From Candidatus Falkowbacteria bacterium (GTDB taxonomy: Bacteria > Patescibacteriota > Patescibacteriia > Patescibacteriales > WJLG01): a stretch of DNA of 64,000 nt. The stretch lies in the NCBI GenBank assembly GCA_963747695.1, contig CAVVFV010000010.1, positions 261,618 to 325,617 on the forward strand, given 5' to 3'. Positions 9,181-17,813 of this stretch are shown piece after piece. The notes beneath the pieces are model-generated. The model searched no databases. It worked only from the letters and a program-made list of their open reading frames with translations, and was not told the DNA's origin. Position numbers and translations under genes: made by a program. The first letter of the stretch is position 1, and each line of letters begins with the position of its first letter.

Positions 9181-9741
9181 CTACTTAACGATAACTTTGC
9201 CGGTCATTGAGGGATGGATGGCGCAATGGTAATCATAAGTTCCGGCGGCGGTGAATTTCTGCGAGAACGAATTGCCCTGGCTTAAAGGCGCGGAATTGAA
9301 GGAAGCGGAGGCGATTTGATGCGGAACCGGATCAAGATTGGTCCAGACTACGGTGTCGCCGACTGCCACGGTAACTTGCGCCGGGTTGAAAGCAAAATTT
9401 TGAATATTGATTTGAACCTTTGCTGCAGCCGGAGGCGTAACCGGTATAGGTGCCGGGGTCGGAGCGGGAGTCGGAGTAGGTGCCGGGGCGGGCGGAGGAA
9501 CCGGAGGCGTCGCCACCGACGAAGTATTTATTCCGACCGATACCGGCGCCGAAGTCGCGGTAGGATAATTCGGCGTGGGGGTCGGCGTAGGCTGAACCGC
9601 GGCTGGCGTTGGCGGGGCAACCGTAAATCCGCCGGAATTGTCCGCCGGCGCGACATTGAGAGCGGCCGGCTTAGTCGCGCAGCTATTGGCCGCGAGCATC
9701 ACCGCCGCCAAAAGCAAGGAGAGCACTAAGAATTTTTTCAT
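9181..9741 (-). CDS. Cupredoxin (plastocyanin/amicyanin-like blue copper) lipoprotein with Pro/Thr/Ala-rich linker
   Basis: Signal peptide ending LAANSC. Type-1 copper ligand pattern H(PHQI)...C-AI-H-PS-M in the C-terminal beta-sandwich. Confidence 0.75.
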   Translation of the reverse strand: MKKFLVLSLLLAAVMLAANSCATKPAALNVAPADNSGGFTVAPPTPAAVQPTPTPTPNYPTATSAPVSVGINTSSVATPPVPPPAPAPTPTPAPTPAPIPVTPPAAAKVQINIQNFAFNPAQVTVAVGDTVVWTNLDPVPHQIASASFNSAPLSQGNSFSQKFTAAGTYDYHCAIHPSMTGKVIVK

Positions 9742-9944
9742 AAATTTTATTTATTAACTTATTTAAAATTGACGATTAATCAATCCGGGTGTAAAATTCC
9801 TTTTACCCCCACCCCAGGTATTAAAAAATTACCGGCCCGGAGTCCTTCTTGATTCGGCCAGATATATTATACCACGTAATTGACCCTGGCAATAACTAAT
9901 GATAAGATTATAATTCCGATAAACATTCGTCAAATTTAACTAAT

Positions 9945-10361
9945 ATGAAAAAAAATGTCGTCATAATCATCCTCGGCTTGCTCGTCTTACTGGCTATTTC
10001 CGCCTTCATCGCCATCAGATATAGTCCAAACATCCTGATCACGGCGCCGGCCAAGAATATCGCCGGCGGAACCCAAGGTACCTCCAGCAATATCATCCTT
10101 TTTTACGGCAATGGCTGCCCGCACTGCGCCAATGTCGAAAAATATTTGTCCGACAATCAAGTCGCCGCGAAGATCAATTTTACGCAGAAGGAAGTTTTCA
10201 GTAATCAGACTAATACGGCGCTCTTGGGGGACAAGGCCCATAGCTGCGGCCTCAATGCCACCAGCGTCGGCGTGCCTTTCCTTTGGGACGGTTCCACCGG
10301 CAAATGCATCGAAGGCGATCAGCCGGTAATAGATTATTTTTCCGCTAAGCTAAAACAATAA
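9945..10361 (+). CDS. Membrane-anchored thioredoxin-fold protein (CPHC active site)
   Basis: N-terminal TM anchor followed by FYGNGCPHCANVEKY, a thioredoxin/DsbA-like CxxC motif. Confidence 0.65.
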   Translation: MKKNVVIIILGLLVLLAISAFIAIRYSPNILITAPAKNIAGGTQGTSSNIILFYGNGCPHCANVEKYLSDNQVAAKINFTQKEVFSNQTNTALLGDKAHSCGLNATSVGVPFLWDGSTGKCIEGDQPVIDYFSAKLKQ

Positions 10362-10362
10362 A

Positions 10363-10896
10363 ATGAAAAATAAATACGCTCTATTTTCAATTCCCTTTTT
10401 ACTTTTTACTTTTTACTTTTTACTTCCGCATGCGGCTTTAGCCGTCTGCCCGGTCTGCACCGTGGCAGTCGTCGGCGGCATCGAGTTATCTCGTTACCTC
10501 GGCGTTGACGACAGTATCACCGGCCTTTGGGTCGGCGGTTTGACCGTTTCGCTGATTTTCTGGACGATCGACTGGTTCAATCGAAAAAATATCCGCTTCA
10601 AAGGCCGGAAAATCCTGACCACTATCGGCTATTATGCATTAGTAGTCTTGCCGCTCTATTTTTTAAACATCATTCATCTGCATATTCCCCGCTATGAAAC
10701 TTTCTGCAGCTGCGGTATCGACAAGATGACAGTGGGTATCGCGGCCGGCAGCATCGGTTTTTTGATCGGCGCCCTGCTTTATGAAGAGGTTAAAGCAAAA
10801 AACAACGGCCATGCTCATTTTCCTTACGAAAAAGTCGTCTTCCCTATTTTACCGCTGATTATTTTAAGTATTATTTTTTATTATTTAACCAAGTAA
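10363..10896 (+). CDS. Polytopic membrane protein with CPVC and CSC cysteine motifs
   Basis: The start lies 2 nt after the stop of the Trx-like gene. ALA-VCPVC follows the signal-like N-terminus, then 4-5 TM helices. No recognised family. Confidence 0.5.
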   Translation: MKNKYALFSIPFLLFTFYFLLPHAALAVCPVCTVAVVGGIELSRYLGVDDSITGLWVGGLTVSLIFWTIDWFNRKNIRFKGRKILTTIGYYALVVLPLYFLNIIHLHIPRYETFCSCGIDKMTVGIAAGSIGFLIGALLYEEVKAKNNGHAHFPYEKVVFPILPLIILSIIFYYLTK

Positions 10897-11040
10897 TGCA
10901 ATAAGTTGACATCTATAATACGAATACTGCGAATTATATGCTAATACTACGAACTCCGCGAACCGAATCCCCTTTAGGTGAAATTTGTTAAATTGTTCGC
11001 TGTATTCGCGAAAAAATTTATAGTATTCGCATCATTTTTT

Positions 11041-11577
11041 ATGAATGATAATAATCCCATCAAAAACCTTAACGAATTGATCGCCAAGGCCGACCAGATG
11101 AAAAAACAGGAGAAAATGGATTTGTCGTCCGACGAAGATCTGTCGATCGCCATCATGAACTTAATTTCAATCGAGGAGCATTTTTTCTTCACCGGCGCCA
11201 AAACCGGCAAGCCGGAGTATTTCGATCTGCTGCAAGAAGTCCGTAAGATGCGCGGCGACCTATTGCGCAAAATCGTCAAAAATCCCGAAGGGGAAGAATG
11301 GTGCATCTCCAAGCATTTGTTGGCCGCCTCGATGCGTTTGATGGAAGTCGGCACCAAACAACAGGGCATGGGAAAAAAAGAAGAAGCCCGCGATTTATTT
11401 GAAAAATCTTTTAATCTTTATTCCCTTTTCTGGGGAATAAATATGAAAGTTATCAATGTCGGGGATATCAAAAAGATCGACGATAACGCTTTGAACAAAG
11501 CTGATACGGAAAAGAAAGGTTTCATGGGGAAGCTGGGCGAACTGGTAAAGAAAGTAATCAACTGCTGCATTGAATAA
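11041..11577 (+). CDS. Hypothetical protein
   Basis: ORF 10978..11577. The ATG at 11041 (MNDNNPIKN) is preferred because the upstream part lies in an intergenic word-repeat region. Confidence 0.5.
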   Translation: MNDNNPIKNLNELIAKADQMKKQEKMDLSSDEDLSIAIMNLISIEEHFFFTGAKTGKPEYFDLLQEVRKMRGDLLRKIVKNPEGEEWCISKHLLAASMRLMEVGTKQQGMGKKEEARDLFEKSFNLYSLFWGINMKVINVGDIKKIDDNALNKADTEKKGFMGKLGELVKKVINCCIE

Positions 11578-11670
11578 AATATTTTAAAAAACCGCCAACC
11601 ACTCTTGAGCGGTTTTTTGGTATAAAAAAACTCCCCGAATCCGTAGATTCGGGGAGATGACGGCTGACTA

Positions 11671-13656
11671 TCAACCCCATTCAATCGTCGACGGCGGCTT
11701 ATCGGAAATCCGATAAACTACAGAGCCGGCGCCATCAAGAACCTCTTTTCTTATTCGCTGCGCTGTAAGGCTGAGAAAACCCCAGGGCAATTCAGCCGCT
11801 TGAGCGGTAAAACCATTGACGCTCCAGACCGACCAAAGGGCGATCATCGGACCGCTTTTCGCATTTTTAGCAGTCGGCATGATCCGATAAACCACTGCCC
11901 CGACTTCGCGGATCTCGTTGGTTAATCGCTTCGCCGTCGCCTTGAGAAAATCCCAGGGCAATTCAGCCGCGCCAACGATCAAAGACTCGCTGACCCGATC
12001 GGCCCATAGCTCGATAACCATACCGTTCGTCGCGCCGTCGCCTTTGGTACAAGTAGTTACCGATCTGGTCACTACCGCGCCATAGTCGAACAGTGATTGC
12101 TCAAACTGCCAACGTTGAACTTCGGCAGTGTAAATATTCGCGACTCGCCAAGCGACTTTTTGTCTGATCTCATCCTCTTCTCCTTCGATCTGGAATCTTT
12201 CCGTCAAAGGTACAGTGGCTACTTTGGCGCTGCGGTAATAATAAGGCGGCAAGGCGACTGCTTTCGTTAACACCGCGCCAGCCTGCCAGACAGTGTGATA
12301 AAGATTCCGTCGGCGCAGTTCTTCGATATAGATACCGTCTACCTGGCCTTCGATATCAAGATTATTGGATGTAATTTCATCCTCGATTCTGACCACTTTT
12401 CCCGGACCAGGAAAAGGATGTCGAAGGAGAAGATCTTCGGGAACGCCGATTGAGCGGCCAATATTCCGTCCGCCGTCTTTGACACAATCAGAGAGAGGCA
12501 GAATTTCGGGCAAGGAAAAATCCAGATTGACGTTATGATGCAACTTGATCTGGGCTTTGTCTGCGCCGGTATTATATCCGCCGCCGGTTTCCGAGATATC
12601 AGTGTACAAAGTACCTTGGGAAATGAAGCTGGCTTTGCATCGGGCCGCCTCTCTCTCCAAAACCGGCTTATAGACATCGCGCATTGACACTCTTTTTTCC
12701 TTCATCGTAATTTTGCCTGCCAGGATTTTTAAGAAATCCTCAGTCGCGTCAACTACAGTTACCGTGATCCAGTCCTGATGGCCGAAATATTGCAGCACAT
12801 AAGACTCATCATCGGCGCGATCAATGCCCTTGATATAGACGCCGAATAGCTTGCCCTTGAAACCAGCCATGGCATTCTTCAGGAGATAAGCGCACGTGGA
12901 GGAATCCGAACCGCCGGACAAAGCCAGCAAAACATTCTTATCACCGATCTGCTTCCGCAATTCGTCGATTTTTCGTTTGGCTTTATCAGCGGCCGGAAAA
13001 CTGTCCTTGGCCTTACAGATATTGAAACAAAAATTCTTAAAAATCTGCTCACCGCAAGTCGTTTCCGTTACTTCAGGATGAAATTGGACTCCCCAAAGCG
13101 TTGCCGTGTTATCGGAACCGGCCGCCACTTCGGCATTATCGGTTTCTCCGAAGGAGTGTATCGTCGGCCCTTTTTCGATGCGATCGCCGTGACTTTCCAA
13201 GACTGGCATTTCCAGAGGACATCCGGCGAAAAGATCATAATTTCCCACGCCGTATTGTCTGAACTGATGAACGCCAAACTCTCGTTTTTTCGCCGGCGCG
13301 ACTTGACAGCCGACATGCTTCGCCCACATCTGAAATCCGAGGCAAATTCCGAGCACCGGAATGCCAAGATCAAAAATCTTTTCATCAAACGGCGGCGGAT
13401 CAGTATGAACCGATGCCGGACCTCCGGAAAGGATTATCCCAATCGGATTTATTTCTCTGACATCATCTGCGACAATACTTGCCGGATCGGCTACCATACA
13501 AAAAACGCCGAGTTTTTCCAGCGCCTGCTTGATCAGATGGTCGAATTGACTCCCCATTGAAAAAAGCAAAAACATCTCTTCAGTACCGCGGACTTTCTTT
13601 TCCTCAGCTATCCCGGCACGGGATTTTTCCTCAAGCCTGCTTAGGGTATAAACCAT
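11671..13656 (-). CDS. guaA: GMP synthase (glutamine-hydrolysing) with duplicated C-terminal dimerisation segment
   Basis: GATase domain, SGGSDSS PP-loop, and C-terminal KPPSTIEWG. The ELPW(D/G)FL...VVYRI segment occurs twice. The start may be the internal Met at 13575. Confidence 0.85.
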   Translation of the reverse strand: MVYTLSRLEEKSRAGIAEEKKVRGTEEMFLLFSMGSQFDHLIKQALEKLGVFCMVADPASIVADDVREINPIGIILSGGPASVHTDPPPFDEKIFDLGIPVLGICLGFQMWAKHVGCQVAPAKKREFGVHQFRQYGVGNYDLFAGCPLEMPVLESHGDRIEKGPTIHSFGETDNAEVAAGSDNTATLWGVQFHPEVTETTCGEQIFKNFCFNICKAKDSFPAADKAKRKIDELRKQIGDKNVLLALSGGSDSSTCAYLLKNAMAGFKGKLFGVYIKGIDRADDESYVLQYFGHQDWITVTVVDATEDFLKILAGKITMKEKRVSMRDVYKPVLEREAARCKASFISQGTLYTDISETGGGYNTGADKAQIKLHHNVNLDFSLPEILPLSDCVKDGGRNIGRSIGVPEDLLLRHPFPGPGKVVRIEDEITSNNLDIEGQVDGIYIEELRRRNLYHTVWQAGAVLTKAVALPPYYYRSAKVATVPLTERFQIEGEEDEIRQKVAWRVANIYTAEVQRWQFEQSLFDYGAVVTRSVTTCTKGDGATNGMVIELWADRVSESLIVGAAELPWDFLKATAKRLTNEIREVGAVVYRIMPTAKNAKSGPMIALWSVWSVNGFTAQAAELPWGFLSLTAQRIRKEVLDGAGSVVYRISDKPPSTIEWG

Positions 13657-13796
13657 AATCGCCCCCTTCTGATTGTTGATAGTTTTGAATGAGCTTTCAA
13701 TGATTGACCCCTTATCTTATAAGAAGTGGTATCATTTGTCAAAAACAAAACCCCTCACTATTTTTTGAAAGATTGTGAGGGGCTGCTGTAAAAATA

Positions 13797-14321
13797 CTAG
13801 ATGAATCTCTGGAACCGGTCGTGCGAGGCGCCGCAGATCGGGCAGACTTCGGGGGCATCCTCGCGGGCGCAGATGTAGCCGCAAACCGAGCAGCGCATCA
13901 CCGGGAAAGGGAGCTGATTGATGTCCTTGGGCTGATTTTGTTCTGCCATATATTTTTGTTTATTTTGTAATCTTATTTCTTTGTTAGGCCGGCGCTCGGG
14001 GATCGGCTTGGTCGGCGTCTTATCTTGAAATATTTTTTTGGAAACATACAAGCCGCAGTAGCAGACGCCGTATTGGAGCAAATCCGGATCGCGGTAATCG
14101 CAAGGGCAGATCGCATCCAGATCTCCTTCATAACTGCCGGATGTCATCCGACACGGGCAAAGCTGATGGCCATAACGTTTTTCATTCTTCAACAGGGCCT
14201 CGCACAAGCTTTTGGCCATTTTTTCGTTGTGATTCAAAAAATAACCCCGCCCTTCGCCTTGGATGGTGAGTTTGTTGAATAAATCTTCGGTTTCATTTGG
14301 CGGAATGACAATTTTTTCCAT
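13797..14321 (-). CDS. Ferredoxin:thioredoxin reductase catalytic-subunit-like protein fused to a rubredoxin-type domain
   Basis: CPCR..CPC..CYCGLY FTR-catalytic cysteine pattern plus C-terminal CSVCGY...CPICG rubredoxin-like knuckles. Confidence 0.75.
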   Translation of the reverse strand: MEKIVIPPNETEDLFNKLTIQGEGRGYFLNHNEKMAKSLCEALLKNEKRYGHQLCPCRMTSGSYEGDLDAICPCDYRDPDLLQYGVCYCGLYVSKKIFQDKTPTKPIPERRPNKEIRLQNKQKYMAEQNQPKDINQLPFPVMRCSVCGYICAREDAPEVCPICGASHDRFQRFI

Positions 14322-14327
14322 ATGCGC

Positions 14328-14447
14328 TTGTCATTGCGAGCGCCTCGCGTAGCAATCCGGTCTCTTCAGATGTTGACGGGGTTGCTTCGCCCGCCTCGAC
14401 TCGCCGTCTTCGGCGAGGCGGGTCGCTGTCGCTCCTCGCAATGACAA
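14328..14447. repeat. 120-bp palindromic intergenic element (MITE/REP-like)
   Basis: 13-bp terminal inverted repeats TTGTCATTGCGAG / CTCGCAATGACAA enclose an inner GC-rich hairpin CCCGCCTCG..CGAGGCGGG. Confidence 0.6.
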
Positions 14448-14454
14448 TAATATT

Positions 14455-14751
14455 TTATGCGACCAACGCCTTAAGCTCGGCTTCATTATAACCGATAATC
14501 ACTCTTTTGCCGTCATCCAAAACGATCGTCGGGAAAGACTGGTCAGGATTATATTTGGAAACCAATTCGTAAGCTTCATCTTGATCGGCGCCCTCCAAAA
14601 GATCGACCGTCAGATGACTGTAAGAAATCCCCAGTTCATCCAAAAGTTCCTTGGCTTTTTCGCACCACATACAGGTGCTCAAACCGTAAAGCATAATTTT
14701 GCTTTTCGCCGGCTTGCCCTTTACTGCTTCGATGTGTTCTTGATAAGACAT
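14455..14751 (-). CDS. Glutaredoxin-like / NrdH-like small redoxin (CMWC)
   Basis: 98 aa with LYGLSTCMWCEKAKELL, a thioredoxin-fold CxxC motif. Adjacent to the FTR-like gene. Confidence 0.75.
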   Translation of the reverse strand: MSYQEHIEAVKGKPAKSKIMLYGLSTCMWCEKAKELLDELGISYSHLTVDLLEGADQDEAYELVSKYNPDQSFPTIVLDDGKRVIIGYNEAELKALVA

Positions 14752-14889
14752 AAGTTTGGAATTACAAATTACAAATTATGAATTACAAATTTTATCCAAT
14801 AATTTATCATTTCTAATTTGTAATTTGTAATTTACTGTGGATTAAGCTATCTGTAATTTTAATGTTTTTTCCGCGCTTGTCAAACCGCA

Positions 14890-15555
14890 TTAATATGGTT
14901 TATTTAAGTCGCCGGAATTACTATAGCCGTTGCTTTCCCAATAGCCTTGGTAATTAGAATCGTCGGACAATTCGATCTTGGTAACCCACTTGATCCATTT
15001 GTAACCCCATTTATCTTCAGCCACCAACTGAAAAGGAAAGCCGTACTCCGGCGGGATGGTCGCGCCATTCATTTTGTAAGCCAAGATGATGTCATTATCA
15101 TAAAAGTAACTGAGCGGGAAAGAAGTCGTGTAGCCGTCGGCGGCATACAATATTACCGTATTGGCCGATGATTTCGGCTTGGCTTGATTAAGGAGATCCC
15201 TGACCAGTACTCCCTGCCAGAGAATTTTAGCGTTCCAACCCTCGACGCAAAAGAGCGTAACGACCTTCTGATAATTCGCAAAATTTTTGACCTGGTCATA
15301 AGTATAGCTTTGCGGCGCATCCGCCAAGCCGGTGATATCCAAATGATACGTCGAGATATCAACATGCTGCGTGCCTTTAATTGAAACCAGCGGCATATTG
15401 GCGATCGGAGACAAATTCTGCCCGTTGTAACTTTTAATTTCCACGCTGTCTAATTTAATCGGCTGGCCCAAACTGCAGCCCGCGCCCGCGGTCAGCAAAA
15501 ATACGAAAACGAAAAATAAAGCGAAAACTTTTTGTTTCATATTATTTTTTATCAA
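14890..15555 (-). CDS. Molybdopterin-binding oxidoreductase domain protein (MsrP/YedY-like), exported
   Basis: Lipoprotein-like signal (AGAGCS). FCVEGWNA..W.GV.V.DLL motif of the sulfite-oxidase-fold Moco domain. Confidence 0.6.
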   Translation of the reverse strand: MIKNNMKQKVFALFFVFVFLLTAGAGCSLGQPIKLDSVEIKSYNGQNLSPIANMPLVSIKGTQHVDISTYHLDITGLADAPQSYTYDQVKNFANYQKVVTLFCVEGWNAKILWQGVLVRDLLNQAKPKSSANTVILYAADGYTTSFPLSYFYDNDIILAYKMNGATIPPEYGFPFQLVAEDKWGYKWIKWVTKIELSDDSNYQGYWESNGYSNSGDLNKPY

Positions 15556-15787
15556 AAATTGTCTTTGTCCGCTGGAAATACCGGCGGCGATTCAGCCAGA
15601 GATGGATAATTATTAAAAGGCTTAAAGCCACTCCGCTCCAATCATGCAAATAGCTGATCGTTCGCCAAGGCAACGGATAATTATATAATCCCAAAAATAT
15701 CTGCAGCTCGGGGAATTTCATCAATCCGGTAAAAACCAAGGTGATAAAACTCAACAACATTAAGATATTCAAACAATAGCGAAACAT
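15542..15787 (-). CDS. Small membrane protein, DUF4405/YedZ-like partner
   Basis: 81 aa with 2-3 TM segments and conserved His residues. Overlaps the start of the Moco-domain gene by 14 nt. Confidence 0.5.
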   Translation of the reverse strand: MFRYCLNILMLLSFITLVFTGLMKFPELQIFLGLYNYPLPWRTISYLHDWSGVALSLLIIIHLWLNRRRYFQRTKTIFDKK

Positions 15788-15984
15788 ATTTTCCCGTTTA
15801 ATTTATCTTCTCCTATATTATAATCTACGCCGCCTTTTGCCGCAATTCCCGGCGCTCGGCCCATTTGACTGGACGGGCCATTTATTATAAGATTAGCCGA
15901 AGATATTGCCCTAAACACCGGCGATATCGCCGAACAATCGTACATTCACAATCAACTCTAAATATGGTCAGAAAGGCAGGAATC

Positions 15985-17754
15985 ATGAAGGAACAAATGT
16001 CAGCCTCGGCGGAAGTTCTCAGTATCAGAGAGATTAAGGACGGATCGGGAATCTTTCTCTTCCGTCTGCGGGTACCGGGAATTGAAAAAATAAAAATCAA
16101 AGCCGGACAATTCGTCACTTTGCGACCGCTGAACAGCAGGCGGATGAGACGGCCATTTTCCGTCGTTAAGATCGTCGGTGATGTAATCTATCTGATCATT
16201 GAAGCGGTCGGCGGAAAATCGTCTAACACGAGGCTTTATGCCAAGCTTCAACCCGGGGCGGAAATGGAAATTTGCGGACCGTGCGGCCAGGGTTTCGAGC
16301 TCCCGCCCGAAAATAATTTGATTTTCGCAAGCGGCGGCACGGGCGAAGTCGGATTGTACTCTCTGGTAAAAGACGCGATTGAAGCCGGGAAAAATATCCG
16401 CTTCCTCAAGGGCGCTCGGACGGAGCAGAAGCTGCTCGGTAACAAGATTTTGATCGATTTCGGAATTTTTCCGACCGACATCCAAAGCATTTGCGATGAT
16501 ACTCCGGTTGGCGGCGGGAAAGTTACGGATCTGTTACGCGAAGTGCTGGCCCCAAAAAAGCGGGATACCGCGGTGATCGCCTGCGGCCCGCGGCCGATGC
16601 TCAAAGCAGTTAATAATCTTTGCGCCGAGTACGGCGTACCGTGTTTTGTTTCCGTCGAAGTATTGATGGCTTGCGGCACCGGCGCTTGCCTGGGCTGCGC
16701 CATCAAAATGACTGACAAAACCTTCAAACAGGCTTGCAAACACGGACCGATCTTTCCGGCGGATAAAATTGATTGGTCGGAATTCGTCGTCGATTCGGAA
16801 ATAACCGTCAGGTCGGAAAAAGTTCCTCCGAGCGATCCCTTGTCGACTACCTTTCACGGGAAAGACGGTCGGACGCTTAAATTACGCGTGCCGATCACCA
16901 ACGGCTCGGGTTGTTTCGATGAAGAAGCGGCCCGAAAATTCGGCGGCTGTCTGGACACTCTTTTTACCAAGACAGTCACGCTCGAAGAACGCCCGGGAAA
17001 TCGCGGTCCGCGGATCTGTGAAACTGATTGCGGCGGGATGATCAATTCGATCGGTTTGGCCAATGTCGGCGTCAAGCGGTTTATCCGAGAAAAATGGCCG
17101 CTCTGGCAGGCGCTGGGCAAGCAGATCATCATCAATATCGCCGGCTCCACTTCCATGAATTATATCGAAGTGGTCGAGGAGCTTAACTCACTTCCTTGCG
17201 CCGGGTTTGAGATAAATATCTCTTGCCCCAACGTCAAAGAAGGCGGGATGGCCTTTGGAACCAATCCGGATATTGCCGCCCGCGTGGTCAGAGGAGTCCG
17301 CCAGGCAACGGATAAATTCCTGATCGTCAAATTGACGCCGAATGTTGCAAATGTTGTAGAAATCGGTCTGGCGGTGGAGGATGCCGGAGCCGATGCTGTT
17401 TCGGCCATTAATACCCTGAAAGGAATGATCATTGATACTCAAACTTTCCGGCCCAGGATCGGCTCCAATTACGGCGGCTATTCCGGCCATCCGATAATGC
17501 CGGTAGCGGTCGCCGACGTAAGTATGCTCTTTCATTCGAAGCTGAAAATTCCGATCATCGGCGGCGGCGGAATCACCGGCGTCGACGATGCGGCGCAATT
17601 TATGCTCGCGGGCGCGGCGGCGGTTTTCGTCGGTACCGAGACATTTCCCAACCAGCACGTTTTTGAGGATATCAGAAACGGCTTGCCGGAATTTCTTGAA
17701 TGCCGCGGATTGTCCCACGTCAGCCAACTGACCGGTAAGGTGAAGATGTTTTAA
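15985..17754 (+). CDS. pyrD: Fused dihydroorotate dehydrogenase electron-transfer subunit (PyrK-like) and catalytic subunit (PyrD class 1B-like)
   Basis: The N-terminal half has an FAD/NAD-binding fold ending in C..CGTGACLGC (2Fe-2S). The C-terminal half has NSIGLAN and EINISCPN motifs. The ATG at 15985 is preferred because of an AGGCAGG RBS. Confidence 0.8.
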   Translation: MKEQMSASAEVLSIREIKDGSGIFLFRLRVPGIEKIKIKAGQFVTLRPLNSRRMRRPFSVVKIVGDVIYLIIEAVGGKSSNTRLYAKLQPGAEMEICGPCGQGFELPPENNLIFASGGTGEVGLYSLVKDAIEAGKNIRFLKGARTEQKLLGNKILIDFGIFPTDIQSICDDTPVGGGKVTDLLREVLAPKKRDTAVIACGPRPMLKAVNNLCAEYGVPCFVSVEVLMACGTGACLGCAIKMTDKTFKQACKHGPIFPADKIDWSEFVVDSEITVRSEKVPPSDPLSTTFHGKDGRTLKLRVPITNGSGCFDEEAARKFGGCLDTLFTKTVTLEERPGNRGPRICETDCGGMINSIGLANVGVKRFIREKWPLWQALGKQIIINIAGSTSMNYIEVVEELNSLPCAGFEINISCPNVKEGGMAFGTNPDIAARVVRGVRQATDKFLIVKLTPNVANVVEIGLAVEDAGADAVSAINTLKGMIIDTQTFRPRIGSNYGGYSGHPIMPVAVADVSMLFHSKLKIPIIGGGGITGVDDAAQFMLAGAAAVFVGTETFPNQHVFEDIRNGLPEFLECRGLSHVSQLTGKVKMF

Positions 17755-17813
17755 TCATCTTTCTTTCAAAAAAAGCGCCTCGCTTGAATCGATTCAAGCG
17801 AGGCTTTTAAATA

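Noticed and set aside
9316-9729. 137-aa Arg-rich plus-strand ORF.
   Set aside because: It is antisense to the Pro/Thr/Ala-rich linker of the cupredoxin gene, so it is a compositional artefact. The same applies to the many antisense ORFs inside purL, pyrD, polA, guaA and the ABC transporter gene.
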